DNA of 64,000 bases. It comes from an uncultured delta proteobacterium. Lineage in GTDB: Bacteria > Myxococcota > Myxococcia > Myxococcales > Myxococcaceae. Location: NCBI GenBank assembly GCA_963776345.1, contig CAVZMH010000015.1:544001-608000 (forward strand). The letters run 5' to 3'. Position 1 is the stretch's first letter. The number at the start of each line of letters is the position of its first letter. The notes under the pieces were generated by a model that did not search any database, was not told the origin of the DNA, and saw nothing but the letters and a program-made list of their open reading frames with translations. Below, one piece after another: positions 42,363-52,016 of the stretch. The position numbers and the translations under genes are program-made.

Positions 42363-45278
42363 ATGGGGGCGGGGTGGGTGGCCGCGGGCATCGCAGCGAC
42401 GTGGCTCGGGGCGGCGGAGCTCCGGGCCCGATCGGTCGCCGACCGCCCTTCCCCGCCGTCGGCGCGGGCCGTGGCTCCAGGTCGCGCGGGCCCGCGGGGG
42501 AGCGCCCGGCCGCACCGCTCGCCCTCGCCGCGGGCTCGGGACCGGTGGTCGAGGCCACGCCCCTCGGCTCGGTCCACGACGGCGCGGCGTTCGGTCCGGA
42601 GCCCGGCTTCGACCGCGGTCCCGGGATCCCTCCGCCCGGCGCTGATCCCTGCCGGCGCGCGCCCGGTCCGAGCGGTGGAACAGTCCTCTGCCGTGCCTGC
42701 GCGCGGCGCGGGTCGCCCGACAGGAGCGACCGAACAGGTCTCCACCGCGGCGGCGCGCAGCGCGGGTCGCCCGGCGGGAATTGCCGAGCTCGGATCCGCC
42801 GCGCAGCCGCCTCAGGCGACGGTGCGCAGCGCGGGTCGCCCGGCAGGAACGACCGAGGTCGGGGCGGCCGCGCAGCCGGCTCCGGCGGTGGCGCCCGGCA
42901 TTGGCCTCACGAGCGCCGGGAGCGCGACGCGGAGCGAGCCGCGCCTGGACGCCCGCCCCGTGCGCCGGGCGGCCAACCGGCCGGACCCCGGGACCCCGTC
43001 ACAGGACCGGCGCCCCGCGGAGGGCGGCAGGCCCCCCCATCGAACGCGAGGTGACGGGCGTCACGCGCCGGCCGCGCAGGACGAGCCGCTCGAGCACGAG
43101 GCCGGCGCTCCACCCCGCCCACCGCCGCTCCCGTGGACGCTGGTGCAGGTACCCGCGTTCGAGCGGGAGATCTCGGTCGATGGGTTCCGGCTCGGGCCGG
43201 AGCCGTGGCCGCTCGTCCCACCGGCCCTGGCGCAGACACAGCGCGGGTGGATCTCTGCCGCCTCGGACGTGCGCCTCACGGGCCTGGGCTGGACGGAGGA
43301 GGTCTCGCTGGAGCACGGGCTCACCACCCCGCGCTGGGCGGTGTCCGGCCGCTGGGCGCCTCCGGCTCTCTCCGCGCGCCCGGCGGCGGTCGGGCTCGGC
43401 GGCCCCGCCGTGGCGGAGGGGCCCGAGGGGGTGGCGGTCGCCGCCCCGCGCGGCGCCTGGCGGGCCTCGGGACTGCTCGGAGGTCCGCTCGTCCGCGGAC
43501 GTCTCGGGGCGGTGCTCTCGCTCGAGGCGACCGGGCTCGGGATGCCCGCGACGGAGCCGGGCCTCGCCACGGGCGGGCGCGCCCGGCAGACCGTCGCCTT
43601 CACCACCACCTGGCTCCCCTCGGCCGAGGACCAGCTCGGCCTGCTCGTCCTCGCGGGCCGGCGGACCGAGTCGCCCGACTGCTTTCGCTGCACCGACGCC
43701 GCCGCGCGGCTGGACCGGGAGCTGGCCGTCCTGGCCGGCCTGTCGTGGAGGCACGCCTTCGCCGCCGGCGCCGGGCTCGAGCTCCGTCTCTCCGCCGAGC
43801 AGAGGACCGCCTCGGCCGGGGCGCGCACGCCTCCCCCGGGGCCGAGCCACCTCGACCTGTCGACGTGGGTGACCGACGGCGCGCCCGGGCCGCTCTGGCC
43901 CGACGTCGGGGCGAGCGCGCTCGATGCCTCGCGCACCCGCGTCCAGCTCGCGAGCCGCGTCCACTCGGTTCTGGGCGCACAGCGGGTCGAGGGAGGCCTC
44001 GAGGCGCGGGTGGAGACCGGCCAGAGCGAGCTGTCGGTTCCGGAGGGCATGCGCTTCCTCGACCGGGGCGGCCGGTGCGCGGACGGTGAGACGTCCGGCT
44101 GCGCGTTTCGCGTCGAGGTCGCCCCGGCCCGGGTCCAGGCGCGGGGATGGACGCTCGGAGCGCACCTCGAGGACGCGATCCAGCTCGGAGACCTGGGCCT
44201 CCGGGTGGGCGTGCGGCTCGATGCCGGGCAGGCCGGCGCGGGGGACACCTCGACGGGCCTGCGGCTCGGCGTCGGTCCGCGGCTCGCGCTCGGGTGGAAC
44301 GTCGGCGGGGACGGGCGGCACTGGTTCCTCCTTTACGCCGGCCGGAGCCACGACCTCGAGCTCCAGGGCGCCGTCGTCCGGTCCCTGCTTCCGGCGCAGC
44401 GCATCGCGTCCTGGAGCGACGGCGGATTCGACGCCTGCGCGCGCCCGGGGCCGTCCTGCGTGCAGCTCGGCGGACCGGCCGCGCTCGGGCCCGGCGGGCT
44501 CCCCCGCTCGGACGAGGTGGCACTCGGCTGGCGGGGACGCGTCGCGCCGGGCCTCGAGGGCGGCGTCGAGGCGCGGGCGCGGCACACCACCCAGCTCTGG
44601 ACGGAGCAGGAGAGCGGGCTCCTCACCGACGAGCGCGGCCGGTGGCTCAGCGCCGACGGGCAGTGGCGGTCGCGCCGGGTGGTGCGGGCCGACGGCCGGG
44701 CCTGGCGGCGCGCGCTCGGGCTCGGCGCGTGGGCCCGCGCGCATTCGGGGCCGGTGCGTGTCTCCGCCGCGTGGAGCGTGGCCCGCGTCACCGGCACTGC
44801 GGCCGGCCCCTTCGACCCCTGGCTCCTCGACGACCGCACCGCCGCCCTCGCCGCCGGGCCGCTCCCGGACGACCAGCGGCACCGGGTCTGGCTCTCGCTC
44901 GCGCTCCGGGTCCACCCCGCCGTCGAGCTCGGGACCCGGCTGCGCTACGCCACCGGGGCGCCGCTGTGGGAGACCTTCGCGGTGCCCGACTCCGCCGGCC
45001 TCCGCACCGTCCGGGCCGCCCGGGGGATGGGGGTGCTGAGGTCCGGAGCGGTCGCGCTCCGTGACCCGGACGTCTTCGCGGCGGACGCCTGGATCCGCTT
45101 CCGGGTGGGGGCGCTGTTCCCGGCCGGAGTCCCGCGCCTGGACCTGACGGTGGAGGCAGCGCAGGTGGCCGGCGGGAACGCGCCGGTGCACCTCTCGGCG
45201 AGCTCGAGCCGCCTTGGCGCAGTGCTCCGACGCGAGCCGCCATTCCAGCTGGTGCTCGGTGTACGCGCCGGGGACTGA
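42363..45278 (+). CDS. Highly degenerate Oar-like TonB-dependent-receptor-type beta-barrel protein
   Basis: Signal-like N-terminus and low-complexity linker, then GAHLEDAIQL..LRVGVRLD, GPRLALGWNVGGDG, RSDEVALG, LPDDQRH, PPFQLVLGVR. Confidence 0.55.
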   Translation: MGAGWVAAGIAATWLGAAELRARSVADRPSPPSARAVAPGRAGPRGSARPHRSPSPRARDRWSRPRPSARSTTARRSVRSPASTAVPGSLRPALIPAGARPVRAVEQSSAVPARGAGRPTGATEQVSTAAARSAGRPAGIAELGSAAQPPQATVRSAGRPAGTTEVGAAAQPAPAVAPGIGLTSAGSATRSEPRLDARPVRRAANRPDPGTPSQDRRPAEGGRPPHRTRGDGRHAPAAQDEPLEHEAGAPPRPPPLPWTLVQVPAFEREISVDGFRLGPEPWPLVPPALAQTQRGWISAASDVRLTGLGWTEEVSLEHGLTTPRWAVSGRWAPPALSARPAAVGLGGPAVAEGPEGVAVAAPRGAWRASGLLGGPLVRGRLGAVLSLEATGLGMPATEPGLATGGRARQTVAFTTTWLPSAEDQLGLLVLAGRRTESPDCFRCTDAAARLDRELAVLAGLSWRHAFAAGAGLELRLSAEQRTASAGARTPPPGPSHLDLSTWVTDGAPGPLWPDVGASALDASRTRVQLASRVHSVLGAQRVEGGLEARVETGQSELSVPEGMRFLDRGGRCADGETSGCAFRVEVAPARVQARGWTLGAHLEDAIQLGDLGLRVGVRLDAGQAGAGDTSTGLRLGVGPRLALGWNVGGDGRHWFLLYAGRSHDLELQGAVVRSLLPAQRIASWSDGGFDACARPGPSCVQLGGPAALGPGGLPRSDEVALGWRGRVAPGLEGGVEARARHTTQLWTEQESGLLTDERGRWLSADGQWRSRRVVRADGRAWRRALGLGAWARAHSGPVRVSAAWSVARVTGTAAGPFDPWLLDDRTAALAAGPLPDDQRHRVWLSLALRVHPAVELGTRLRYATGAPLWETFAVPDSAGLRTVRAARGMGVLRSGAVALRDPDVFAADAWIRFRVGALFPAGVPRLDLTVEAAQVAGGNAPVHLSASSSRLGAVLRREPPFQLVLGVRAGD
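42701..42848 (+). repeat. Three imperfect in-frame repeats (GCGCRGCGCGGGTCGCCCGRCRGGA; RSAGRPAG)
   Basis: Copies at about 42701, 42755 and 42824; spacings of 54 and 69 nt are multiples of 3. Confidence 0.7.
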
Positions 45279-45397
45279 TCGTGGGCGACGAGCGGTCGTC
45301 CGCGGAAATTCACCGGCGCCTGGAACTTGCTCCCGGCGCGGGCCTCCGACGACAATCGTGTCAATTTCGCGGGCCGGAACGACGAGGGGAACCGACG

Positions 45398-45946
45398 ATG
45401 AGGAACGCAGTTCGCTCGCTGGTGGTCTGCCTTGCAGTGCTCGGCGCGAACGACGCCTTCGCCCAGGCACGCGGCCGCACGGACGGTCCCGAGGGCTCGG
45501 AGGTCGGCAAGGGCGGCTACGTCTCCGGGCCGGGCGGGCTCGGCGGGTTCTCGCTGACCGCGGACGGCGGTGGCGCGATCACCATCAAGGGCCCCCAGTT
45601 CAGCCCGCCGCTCTTCGTCGGGCTCACCGCCTCGTACTGGAACCAGGAGTTCTACCGGATCGACCTGAGCGGCTTCTACATCCCGGACCCGAAGCTCTGG
45701 GGTGTGCTGCTCGGCCCCTCTTTCCACACCACCACCTGGCCGGTGGCCTTCAGCATCGGCTTCCAGGCCGGTCTGCACATCCCGAACGGCACCCCGGTGA
45801 ATTTCATCATCTCTCCGCGGGTCGGAATGGACTGGATCACCGAGAGCCACTTCCAGCTGGGCATCAACGCCAACTGGGATCTGAACCTCGCCAACTACGA
45901 CCTCTCCATCGTCCGCATCGGCCTGAGCATCGGCTACCGCTTCTGA
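45398..45946 (+). CDS. Small outer-membrane beta-barrel protein
   Basis: Signal peptide ending AFA; alternating beta-strands; C-terminal IGYRF. Confidence 0.75.
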   Translation: MRNAVRSLVVCLAVLGANDAFAQARGRTDGPEGSEVGKGGYVSGPGGLGGFSLTADGGGAITIKGPQFSPPLFVGLTASYWNQEFYRIDLSGFYIPDPKLWGVLLGPSFHTTTWPVAFSIGFQAGLHIPNGTPVNFIISPRVGMDWITESHFQLGINANWDLNLANYDLSIVRIGLSIGYRF

Positions 45947-45965
45947 ACCTCGCACCCGTGATCTG

Positions 45966-46771
45966 ATGCCTGCTTCGCTCCTCCTCCTCGCGCTCCTCGC
46001 CCAGTCCCCCCGCCCCCCCAGGGGCTCCCTGACTTCCCACCCTCCGGCGGGTCGCCGCAGAGCACCGACCTGGCCCAGTGGGACTCGAACAGCCTCCCCC
46101 GGGTGTCCGAGCGGAGCGAGCAGGCGCCGCTCACCGACGCGGAGGTGACCAAGTTGAGCCAGGCCGGGTTCGGCCCGGACCAGGTGGTGAAGATGATCGA
46201 GGAGCGCCGGTGCGCCTGCGACGCCTCGGCCGACGGGCTGATCCGGTTGAAGATGGCCGGGGTGGACCCCCAGGTCATCTCGGCGGTGTCGCTGCACGCG
46301 CTGAAGCCGAACCAGGCCCTGAATCTCGAGGTCACGCTCGACTTCGCGGGCGAGAGCCAGCGGGCGCGCAACGCCTATCTCTACATCTTCGTGGACGACG
46401 GCGATCACACCCGGGTCCTGAGCGCCAACGTCGACGAGCTTCTGCGCCGCCCCAATGCGCACGAGACCACGGTCGACAACAGCGACTTCCTGATCGCCCG
46501 GACGGTGCGGAGGATCGTGCTCCCGGGCCAGCTGACGCTGAAGACCTACGGGCGCCACACGGTCCTGGTGGCCAGCTCGGCCAGCCCGAACCTCAGACAC
46601 CCTTCGCAGCTGAGGGCGCAGGACCGCACCGCAGCACAGGTCTATCTCCTGGACTACCCCAGGGCGTCTCTGCAGAGCCTCTGCCGGCTCACCGCTGGAT
46701 ACCGGCGTGACGCCCAGATCGTCGATCGCTGGCGCTTCCTCGGCAGCCGCTTCGAATGCGAATGGAACTGA
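45966..46771 (+). CDS. Secreted hypothetical protein (frameshift in the Pro-rich N-terminus)
   Basis: Signal MPASLLLLALLAQ in one frame; LTDAEVTKLSQAG...LIRLKMAGVDPQVI helical motif and remainder in ORF 46103-46771. Confidence 0.6.
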
Positions 46772-46773
46772 CC

Positions 46774-47370
46774 ATGACCCGTCTCCGCATCTGTCTGTCC
46801 CTCCTCGCTGGCCTCTGGATGGCCTGCTCCACCGAGCGGGCCTTCACCCGGGGCGAGTACACCGACCCCAACGAGATCGATCTCCTCTCCGACGAGTGGG
46901 CCCCGAGCGACCTGCAGCTGATCGCCAAGAAGGTGGTCAACGACCTCCAGGGCTCGCCGGCCTTCGCCCAGATCCAGGGCCGCCCGGTGGTGGTGGTGGG
47001 CAAGCTGAAGAACAGCACCTCCGAGCACATCGACATGCAGAGCCTGGCGGACAAGATCCAGACCCAGCTCGCCAACACCGGGAAGTTCGCCTTCACCGAC
47101 CGGGCGAGCCGTCAGGACGTGGCCGAGGAGTACGAGTACCAGGGGAGCGGCTACGTGCGGCCGGACCAGGCAAAGGGTCCGGGCCAGCAGATCGCGGCGG
47201 ACTACATCATGACCGGCGAGCTGGCCTCCATCAAACAGCGGGTGGGGAGCGACGAGTTCATCTATTACAAGATGACCTCCAAGCTGACGAACCTCCGCAC
47301 CGGCATCCTGGAGTGGACGGACGAGAAGGAGCTGAAGAAGAAGTTCGTCAAGCAGGGGATCCGGCCGTAG
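46774..47370 (+). CDS. lpoB: LpoB-like (COG3417) lipoprotein
   Basis: Lipobox LWMAC; KNSTSEHID, ADYIMTGEL, YYKMTSKLTNLRTG..EW. Confidence 0.78.
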   Translation: MTRLRICLSLLAGLWMACSTERAFTRGEYTDPNEIDLLSDEWAPSDLQLIAKKVVNDLQGSPAFAQIQGRPVVVVGKLKNSTSEHIDMQSLADKIQTQLANTGKFAFTDRASRQDVAEEYEYQGSGYVRPDQAKGPGQQIAADYIMTGELASIKQRVGSDEFIYYKMTSKLTNLRTGILEWTDEKELKKKFVKQGIRP

Positions 47371-47394
47371 CCCTCCGCGCCGCGCCCCCCTGAC

Positions 47395-48639
47395 GTGGCT
47401 CATCCCCTCCTCGCGGTTCGCTGGCCGGTCGCGCTCGGCGCGCTCGCGCTGCTGCTGACCGGCTGCGCGGGGGACTACGTCGCCCGGACCGCGGGGTACC
47501 GGCGCGCCTACGAGTCGTACCAGTACCCGCCGGCCATCCAGGGCTTCGCCGGCGAGGTCTCCTCCGGGCCGCAGATCGACCAGCTCCTGGCGATGATGGA
47601 CGAGGGGATGGTGCTGCACGCCGCCGGCAAGCTCGAGGAGAGCATCCAGGTGCTCGCCCAGGCGGACAAGCTGAGCGAGCAGCTCGACTTCGTCTCGGTG
47701 AGCGAGGAGGCGAAGGTCCTCATCTCCAACGAGCGGGAGCGGGCGTACCGCGGGGAGGACTTCGAGAAGCTGATGATCTCCACACTGCAGGCGCTGAACT
47801 ACGCCCAGCTGGGGAAGGACGAGGACGCGCTGGTCGAGGTGCGCCGGGTCAACGAGCGCATGCAGCGAATGATCAACGAGGAGAAGAAGCCCTACGAGCA
47901 GCTGGCGGTGGCCCGCTACCTCGCCGCGGTGCTCTGGGAGGACCAGGGGCACGCCGACGACGCCTTCATCGACTACCTCGCGGCGAACAAGCTCGCCGGG
48001 GACCTCGGGTCGCTGGCCGAGCCGCTGGTCCGGCTGGCCAAGGAGACGGGACGCGACGAGCCTCTGAGGTGGCTCCGGCGGCAGTACCCGTGGGCGCAGC
48101 CACAGCCGCTGGGGAAGGACGAGGGGCAGATCCTGGTGGTGCTCGAGGCCGGCAAGGTGCCGATCAAGACCAATGGGACGATGGCCGGTGGCCCCAAGGC
48201 GGAGCTGATCGCCGTTCCGGAGTTTCGGCCCCGTCCGTGGATCCGCGACAGCGGCATCTCGGTCGACGGCGGGGAGCCGGTGCGACCGACCCCAGTCACC
48301 TCGCTCGAGGCGGTCGCGCAGATTCACCTCAAGAATCGACTCGGGGGTCTCATCGCCCGACAGTTCGGGGCCCTGGCGCTCCGGGCCGGGCTCGCCGCCG
48401 GGGCGGGAGCGGCGACCAAGAGCGAGGCGGTGGGGATCCTCACCTTCCTCGCCCTGAGCTACGTCAACCAGCCAGATCTCCGGTCCTGGATGTCACTGCC
48501 GGCGGAGTTCCAGCTGGCGCGGTTCCGAGTGCCGGCCGGCGTGCACAAGCTCACCGTGGTGGCCGGCGGCGGCGCCCGCGAGCTCCAGCTGGACGTGCGC
48601 CCCCGGCGCGTGACGCTGGTCGTCCTCCGGAGCTACTGA
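47395..48639 (+). CDS. COG3014-family TPR-like lipoprotein
   Basis: Lipobox LLTGC; YRGEDFEK, ALNY..LG..EDALVEVRR, PDLRSWMSLP. Confidence 0.8.
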   Translation: MAHPLLAVRWPVALGALALLLTGCAGDYVARTAGYRRAYESYQYPPAIQGFAGEVSSGPQIDQLLAMMDEGMVLHAAGKLEESIQVLAQADKLSEQLDFVSVSEEAKVLISNERERAYRGEDFEKLMISTLQALNYAQLGKDEDALVEVRRVNERMQRMINEEKKPYEQLAVARYLAAVLWEDQGHADDAFIDYLAANKLAGDLGSLAEPLVRLAKETGRDEPLRWLRRQYPWAQPQPLGKDEGQILVVLEAGKVPIKTNGTMAGGPKAELIAVPEFRPRPWIRDSGISVDGGEPVRPTPVTSLEAVAQIHLKNRLGGLIARQFGALALRAGLAAGAGAATKSEAVGILTFLALSYVNQPDLRSWMSLPAEFQLARFRVPAGVHKLTVVAGGGARELQLDVRPRRVTLVVLRSY

Positions 48640-50611
48640 GCCTGGACGGGCGGCGCGACGGCGCCGGTCCGCGAGCGTCCCCCTGGTGCGGGGGACTGAG
48701 CCTGGACGGGCGGCGCTCGAGCACTCGCTGCAGGCGCGAGAGGACGCCGACCAGATCCGGCGCCTCGCCGAGCACGCCGACGAAGGGGTCGCTCCCCAGC
48801 CGCTCCATCCGGGCCGGGGCGTCGAGCGCGGTGAACTGCCGGGGGTGGAGCCCGGGCTTCACCTCGTCCCAGCGGAGCGGCATCGACACCGGGACGCCGG
48901 GGAGCGGCCGCGCCGAGAATGGCGCGACCAGGAGTTTCCCCCGGCCGTTCTGGAGGTAGTCCAGGTAGACCTTCGAGCGACGGGCGCGGACCACCCGCTC
49001 GGTGGTGGCGATGTCCGGGTGCTGGTGGACCAGCGCCTCGGCGAGCACCTGGCCGAAGCTGATGGCCGCGCCGTGGTCCAGCTGCCGCCCCAGCGGGACC
49101 AGCACGTGCAGGCCGGAGCTGCCGCTGGTCTTGATGAAGTGGGGGATCTCCAGCGCCTCGCAGAGCGACCGGGCCGCCAGGGCGAGGGTGAGGACGTGCT
49201 CGAACGGCGCCGTCTTGGGGTCGAGGTCGAGGATGCACCAGTCGGGGTGCTCGAGGTCCGAGAGCCGCGCGCTCCAGAGGTGGAAGGGGATGGTGCCGAG
49301 GTTCACCAGGAAGGCGAGCGTCTCCACGTCGTCGCAGACGAACTGGCGGATGGGCCCCTCGTCGCCCCCCATCTCCACGGTGCGGATCCACGAGGGCAGG
49401 TGCGGCCCGGCCTGCTTCTGGAAGAAGCTCTCGCCGTGGATGCCGTCCGGGAAGCGGGTGAGCATCAGCGGCCGGTCGCGGAGGTAGGGCAGCATCCACG
49501 GCGCGATGGCCTGGTAGTAGCGGATGAGGTCGCCCTTGCTGAACCGGTCCTCGGGCCACCAGGGCTTCTCGAGGTTGACGAAGGAGACGCTGCGCTCCTC
49601 GGTGCGCCAGGGCGGGAGGCACTGCTCGGGCCGGCGGTCGTCGCGGAAGCGGCAGAAGACCGGGTGCCGGGGCGCGCCGCCGCGCTCCCACTCCCGGTAG
49701 CGGACCTCGACGACCAGCGTCGGGTCGACCCAGAGGAGATCCCGGTCGCGCGGGGGATCACGGCAAGGGGGCGTCGCTCGGCGATGCGCCAACAGTTCCC
49801 GCTCGACCCGCGAGGCCTCCCGCGGGCCGAGGCCGCTGCCCACCCGGCCGACGAAGGCGAACCCCTCCCCGTCCCGGGTGGCGAGGGCGAGGGAGGTCAG
49901 GCCTCGGGTGTGGCCGACGACCGCGAAGTCCCCGACCTGGTGGATGACGACCTTCTGCCAGTCCGCGCCGCGGCCGGCGTGGTGGGCGGCGTCGGCGCGC
50001 TTGGCGACGATCCCCTCGAGGCCCATCTGCTTGACCGCCTCGTAGAAGGCCTCCCCTTCCCTCTCCACCGGCTCGACGCAGCGGATGCGCCCGCCGTTCG
50101 CGGTCAGGAGGCGGAGCAGCTCGCGGCGGCGCGCGAGCGAGAGCCCGCGCAGGTCGTGCTCCTCGGCGGCGAGGAGATCGAACGTCCAGAACGTGGCGGG
50201 TGGGGCCCCGCGCGGGGCCCTCGCGCGCTGGGCACGGCCCTGGAGCAGCGAGAACGAGGGCCGGCCCTCGGCGTCCTCCACCACCAGCTCGCCGTCGAGG
50301 ATGAAGTCGTCGGAGGGGAGCGCGCGCAGCGCCTCGACCAGCTCGGGGAACTGCGCCGAGGGGTCGCTCCCGCCGCGGTAGCGGAGGCGGACCTGCTCGC
50401 CGCGGCGCTCGGCGAGGATGCGGTAGCCGTCGTACTTGAGCTCGAACCACCATCCGCTCCGGGTGAAGGCGCGGGGCGCACGGCTGGCGAGCTGGAAGTC
50501 CACGTCCGCCAGGCGGACCTCCCGGCGCGGGGCTCCGGTCCGCTCCACGGCGAGGCGAAATGCCGGGGTCGCGACAGACCTGTTGCGTGGGGGGCGTCTG
50601 CTGGCGGCCAT
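48551..50611 (-). CDS. ligD: NHEJ DNA ligase D (ligase + polymerase domains, no phosphoesterase domain)
   Basis: ELKYDGYR, GLEGIVAK, RFPDGIHGESFFQK, DLDP, KTSGSSGLHV, YLDYLQN. Confidence 0.92.
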   Translation of the reverse strand: MAASRRPPRNRSVATPAFRLAVERTGAPRREVRLADVDFQLASRAPRAFTRSGWWFELKYDGYRILAERRGEQVRLRYRGGSDPSAQFPELVEALRALPSDDFILDGELVVEDAEGRPSFSLLQGRAQRARAPRGAPPATFWTFDLLAAEEHDLRGLSLARRRELLRLLTANGGRIRCVEPVEREGEAFYEAVKQMGLEGIVAKRADAAHHAGRGADWQKVVIHQVGDFAVVGHTRGLTSLALATRDGEGFAFVGRVGSGLGPREASRVERELLAHRRATPPCRDPPRDRDLLWVDPTLVVEVRYREWERGGAPRHPVFCRFRDDRRPEQCLPPWRTEERSVSFVNLEKPWWPEDRFSKGDLIRYYQAIAPWMLPYLRDRPLMLTRFPDGIHGESFFQKQAGPHLPSWIRTVEMGGDEGPIRQFVCDDVETLAFLVNLGTIPFHLWSARLSDLEHPDWCILDLDPKTAPFEHVLTLALAARSLCEALEIPHFIKTSGSSGLHVLVPLGRQLDHGAAISFGQVLAEALVHQHPDIATTERVVRARRSKVYLDYLQNGRGKLLVAPFSARPLPGVPVSMPLRWDEVKPGLHPRQFTALDAPARMERLGSDPFVGVLGEAPDLVGVLSRLQRVLERRPSRLSPPHQGDARGPAPSRRPSRLSSSGGRPASRAGGARPAGARGRRRRPPR
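48635..48716 (+). repeat. 22-bp perfect direct repeat with an intervening hairpin
   Basis: ACTGAGCCTGGACGGGCGGCGC at 48635-48656 and 48695-48716; GTCCCCC-tggtgc-GGGGGAC between them. Confidence 0.85.
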
Positions 50612-50637
50612 GCGGAGGGGGGTATATCTACGCTGTC

Positions 50638-51516
50638 ATGGCGGCTCGCGCGATCGGCTCTGGGACCATCTCCTTCGGCCTGGTGAACATCCCGGTGAAG
50701 CTCTACGCCGCGGCGGAGAGCGCGGCGCAGATCTCGTTCCACCAGCTCCACGACAAGTGCAAGAGCCGGATCAAGCAGCAGCTGTGGTGCCCGGTGGACA
50801 ACGAGATCGTCACCCGCGAGCATCTCGTGAAGGGATACGAGTTCGCGCGCGACCAGTACGTGCTCTTCACCGCCGAGGAGCTGAAGGCGCTGGAGGAAGC
50901 GTCGACCAAGGCGATGGAGATCACCGAGTTCGTGCCGCTCTCCAGCGTGGACCCGCTCTACTTCGAGAACGGCTGGTACCTCGGGCCGGACAAGGGGGCG
51001 GACCGTCCCTACCGGCTGCTCGGGCAGGCGCTGGAGCAGAGCCAGCACGCGGCCATCGCCAAGTACTCCACCCGGGGGCGCGAGGAGCTGGTGCTCATCC
51101 GTCCGCGTCAGGGGGCGATGGTGATGCAGACGCTCCGGTACGCGGACGAGCTGCGGCCGGTGAGCGAGGTCCCGGTCGGCGCGGGCGAGGTGAAGCCCGC
51201 CGAGCTGCAGCTGGCGAAGCAGTTCATCGAGCAGCTCTCCACCGAGACGTTCGACGCCAGCAAGTACGAGGACACCTACCGGAAGAAGCTGCAGGCGGTC
51301 ATCGACGCGAAGATCGCCGGCGAGCCGGTGGCGATCGCGCCGGCCGAGCCGCCCCGGACACAGGTCATCGATCTGATGGAGGCGCTGAAGGCGAGCCTCG
51401 CCAAGCGCGGCGCGACCCCGTCCGCTGCCCCCGCGACCACCGAGCGCAAGCCGCCCAAGCGCGCTCCGGGCCCGGCCGCAGAGCCCGCCCCGGCTCGCAA
51501 GCGCGGCAAGCGCTGA
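50638..51516 (+). CDS. ku: Ku protein
   Basis: GTISFGLVNIPVKLY, LVKGYE, VIDLMEALKASL and basic tail. Confidence 0.95.
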   Translation: MAARAIGSGTISFGLVNIPVKLYAAAESAAQISFHQLHDKCKSRIKQQLWCPVDNEIVTREHLVKGYEFARDQYVLFTAEELKALEEASTKAMEITEFVPLSSVDPLYFENGWYLGPDKGADRPYRLLGQALEQSQHAAIAKYSTRGREELVLIRPRQGAMVMQTLRYADELRPVSEVPVGAGEVKPAELQLAKQFIEQLSTETFDASKYEDTYRKKLQAVIDAKIAGEPVAIAPAEPPRTQVIDLMEALKASLAKRGATPSAAPATTERKPPKRAPGPAAEPAPARKRGKR

Positions 51517-51523
51517 GGCGCGG

Positions 51524-52015
51524 GTGCGCCTCCCCAGCGCGGCGCTCGGCAGTGCGCTGTTCTTCGCCGTCGCCCCGGGCGTGGTGGTGGGGGTGGTCCC
51601 CTGGTGGCTGACCCGCTGGCAGCCGGGTTCCACGTCTCCTCCGGTCCGTCTGCTCGGCGGGCTCTTGCTGGTGACCGCGCTGCCGGTGCTGGTGTGCGCA
51701 TTCGTGCGCTTCGCGCGCGACGGGCTCGGGACGCCTGCGCCGGTGGCCCCCACCGAGCGGTTGGTGGTCACCGGGGCGTACCGGCACGTGCGTAACCCGA
51801 TGTACGTGGCCGTGCTCGCAGCCATCGTCGGACAGGCGCTGCTGCTGGGCCAGACCCGTCTCCTGGGCTACGCCGCGGTGGTGGCCGTGCTGGTGGTGAG
51901 CTTCGTGCGGTTCTACGAGGAGCCGGTTCTCCTTCGCCGGTTCGGAGCCGAGTACGAGGCGTACCGGCGGGCGGTCCCCGGATGGTGGCCCCGGCTCCGT
52001 CCCTGGACCGGCTGA
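51524..52015 (+). CDS. ICMT/PEMT-family membrane methyltransferase
   Basis: GTPAP..P..LVVTGAYRHVRNPMY, EEP.L..RFG.EY..Y...VP.W. Confidence 0.85.
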   Translation: MRLPSAALGSALFFAVAPGVVVGVVPWWLTRWQPGSTSPPVRLLGGLLLVTALPVLVCAFVRFARDGLGTPAPVAPTERLVVTGAYRHVRNPMYVAVLAAIVGQALLLGQTRLLGYAAVVAVLVVSFVRFYEEPVLLRRFGAEYEAYRRAVPGWWPRLRPWTG

Positions 52016-52016
52016 G

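Noticed and set aside
42701..42848. Three spaced repeats resembling a mini CRISPR array
   Set aside because: Copies are imperfect, spacings are unequal and in frame, the spacers resemble each other, and no cas genes are present; these are coding repeats
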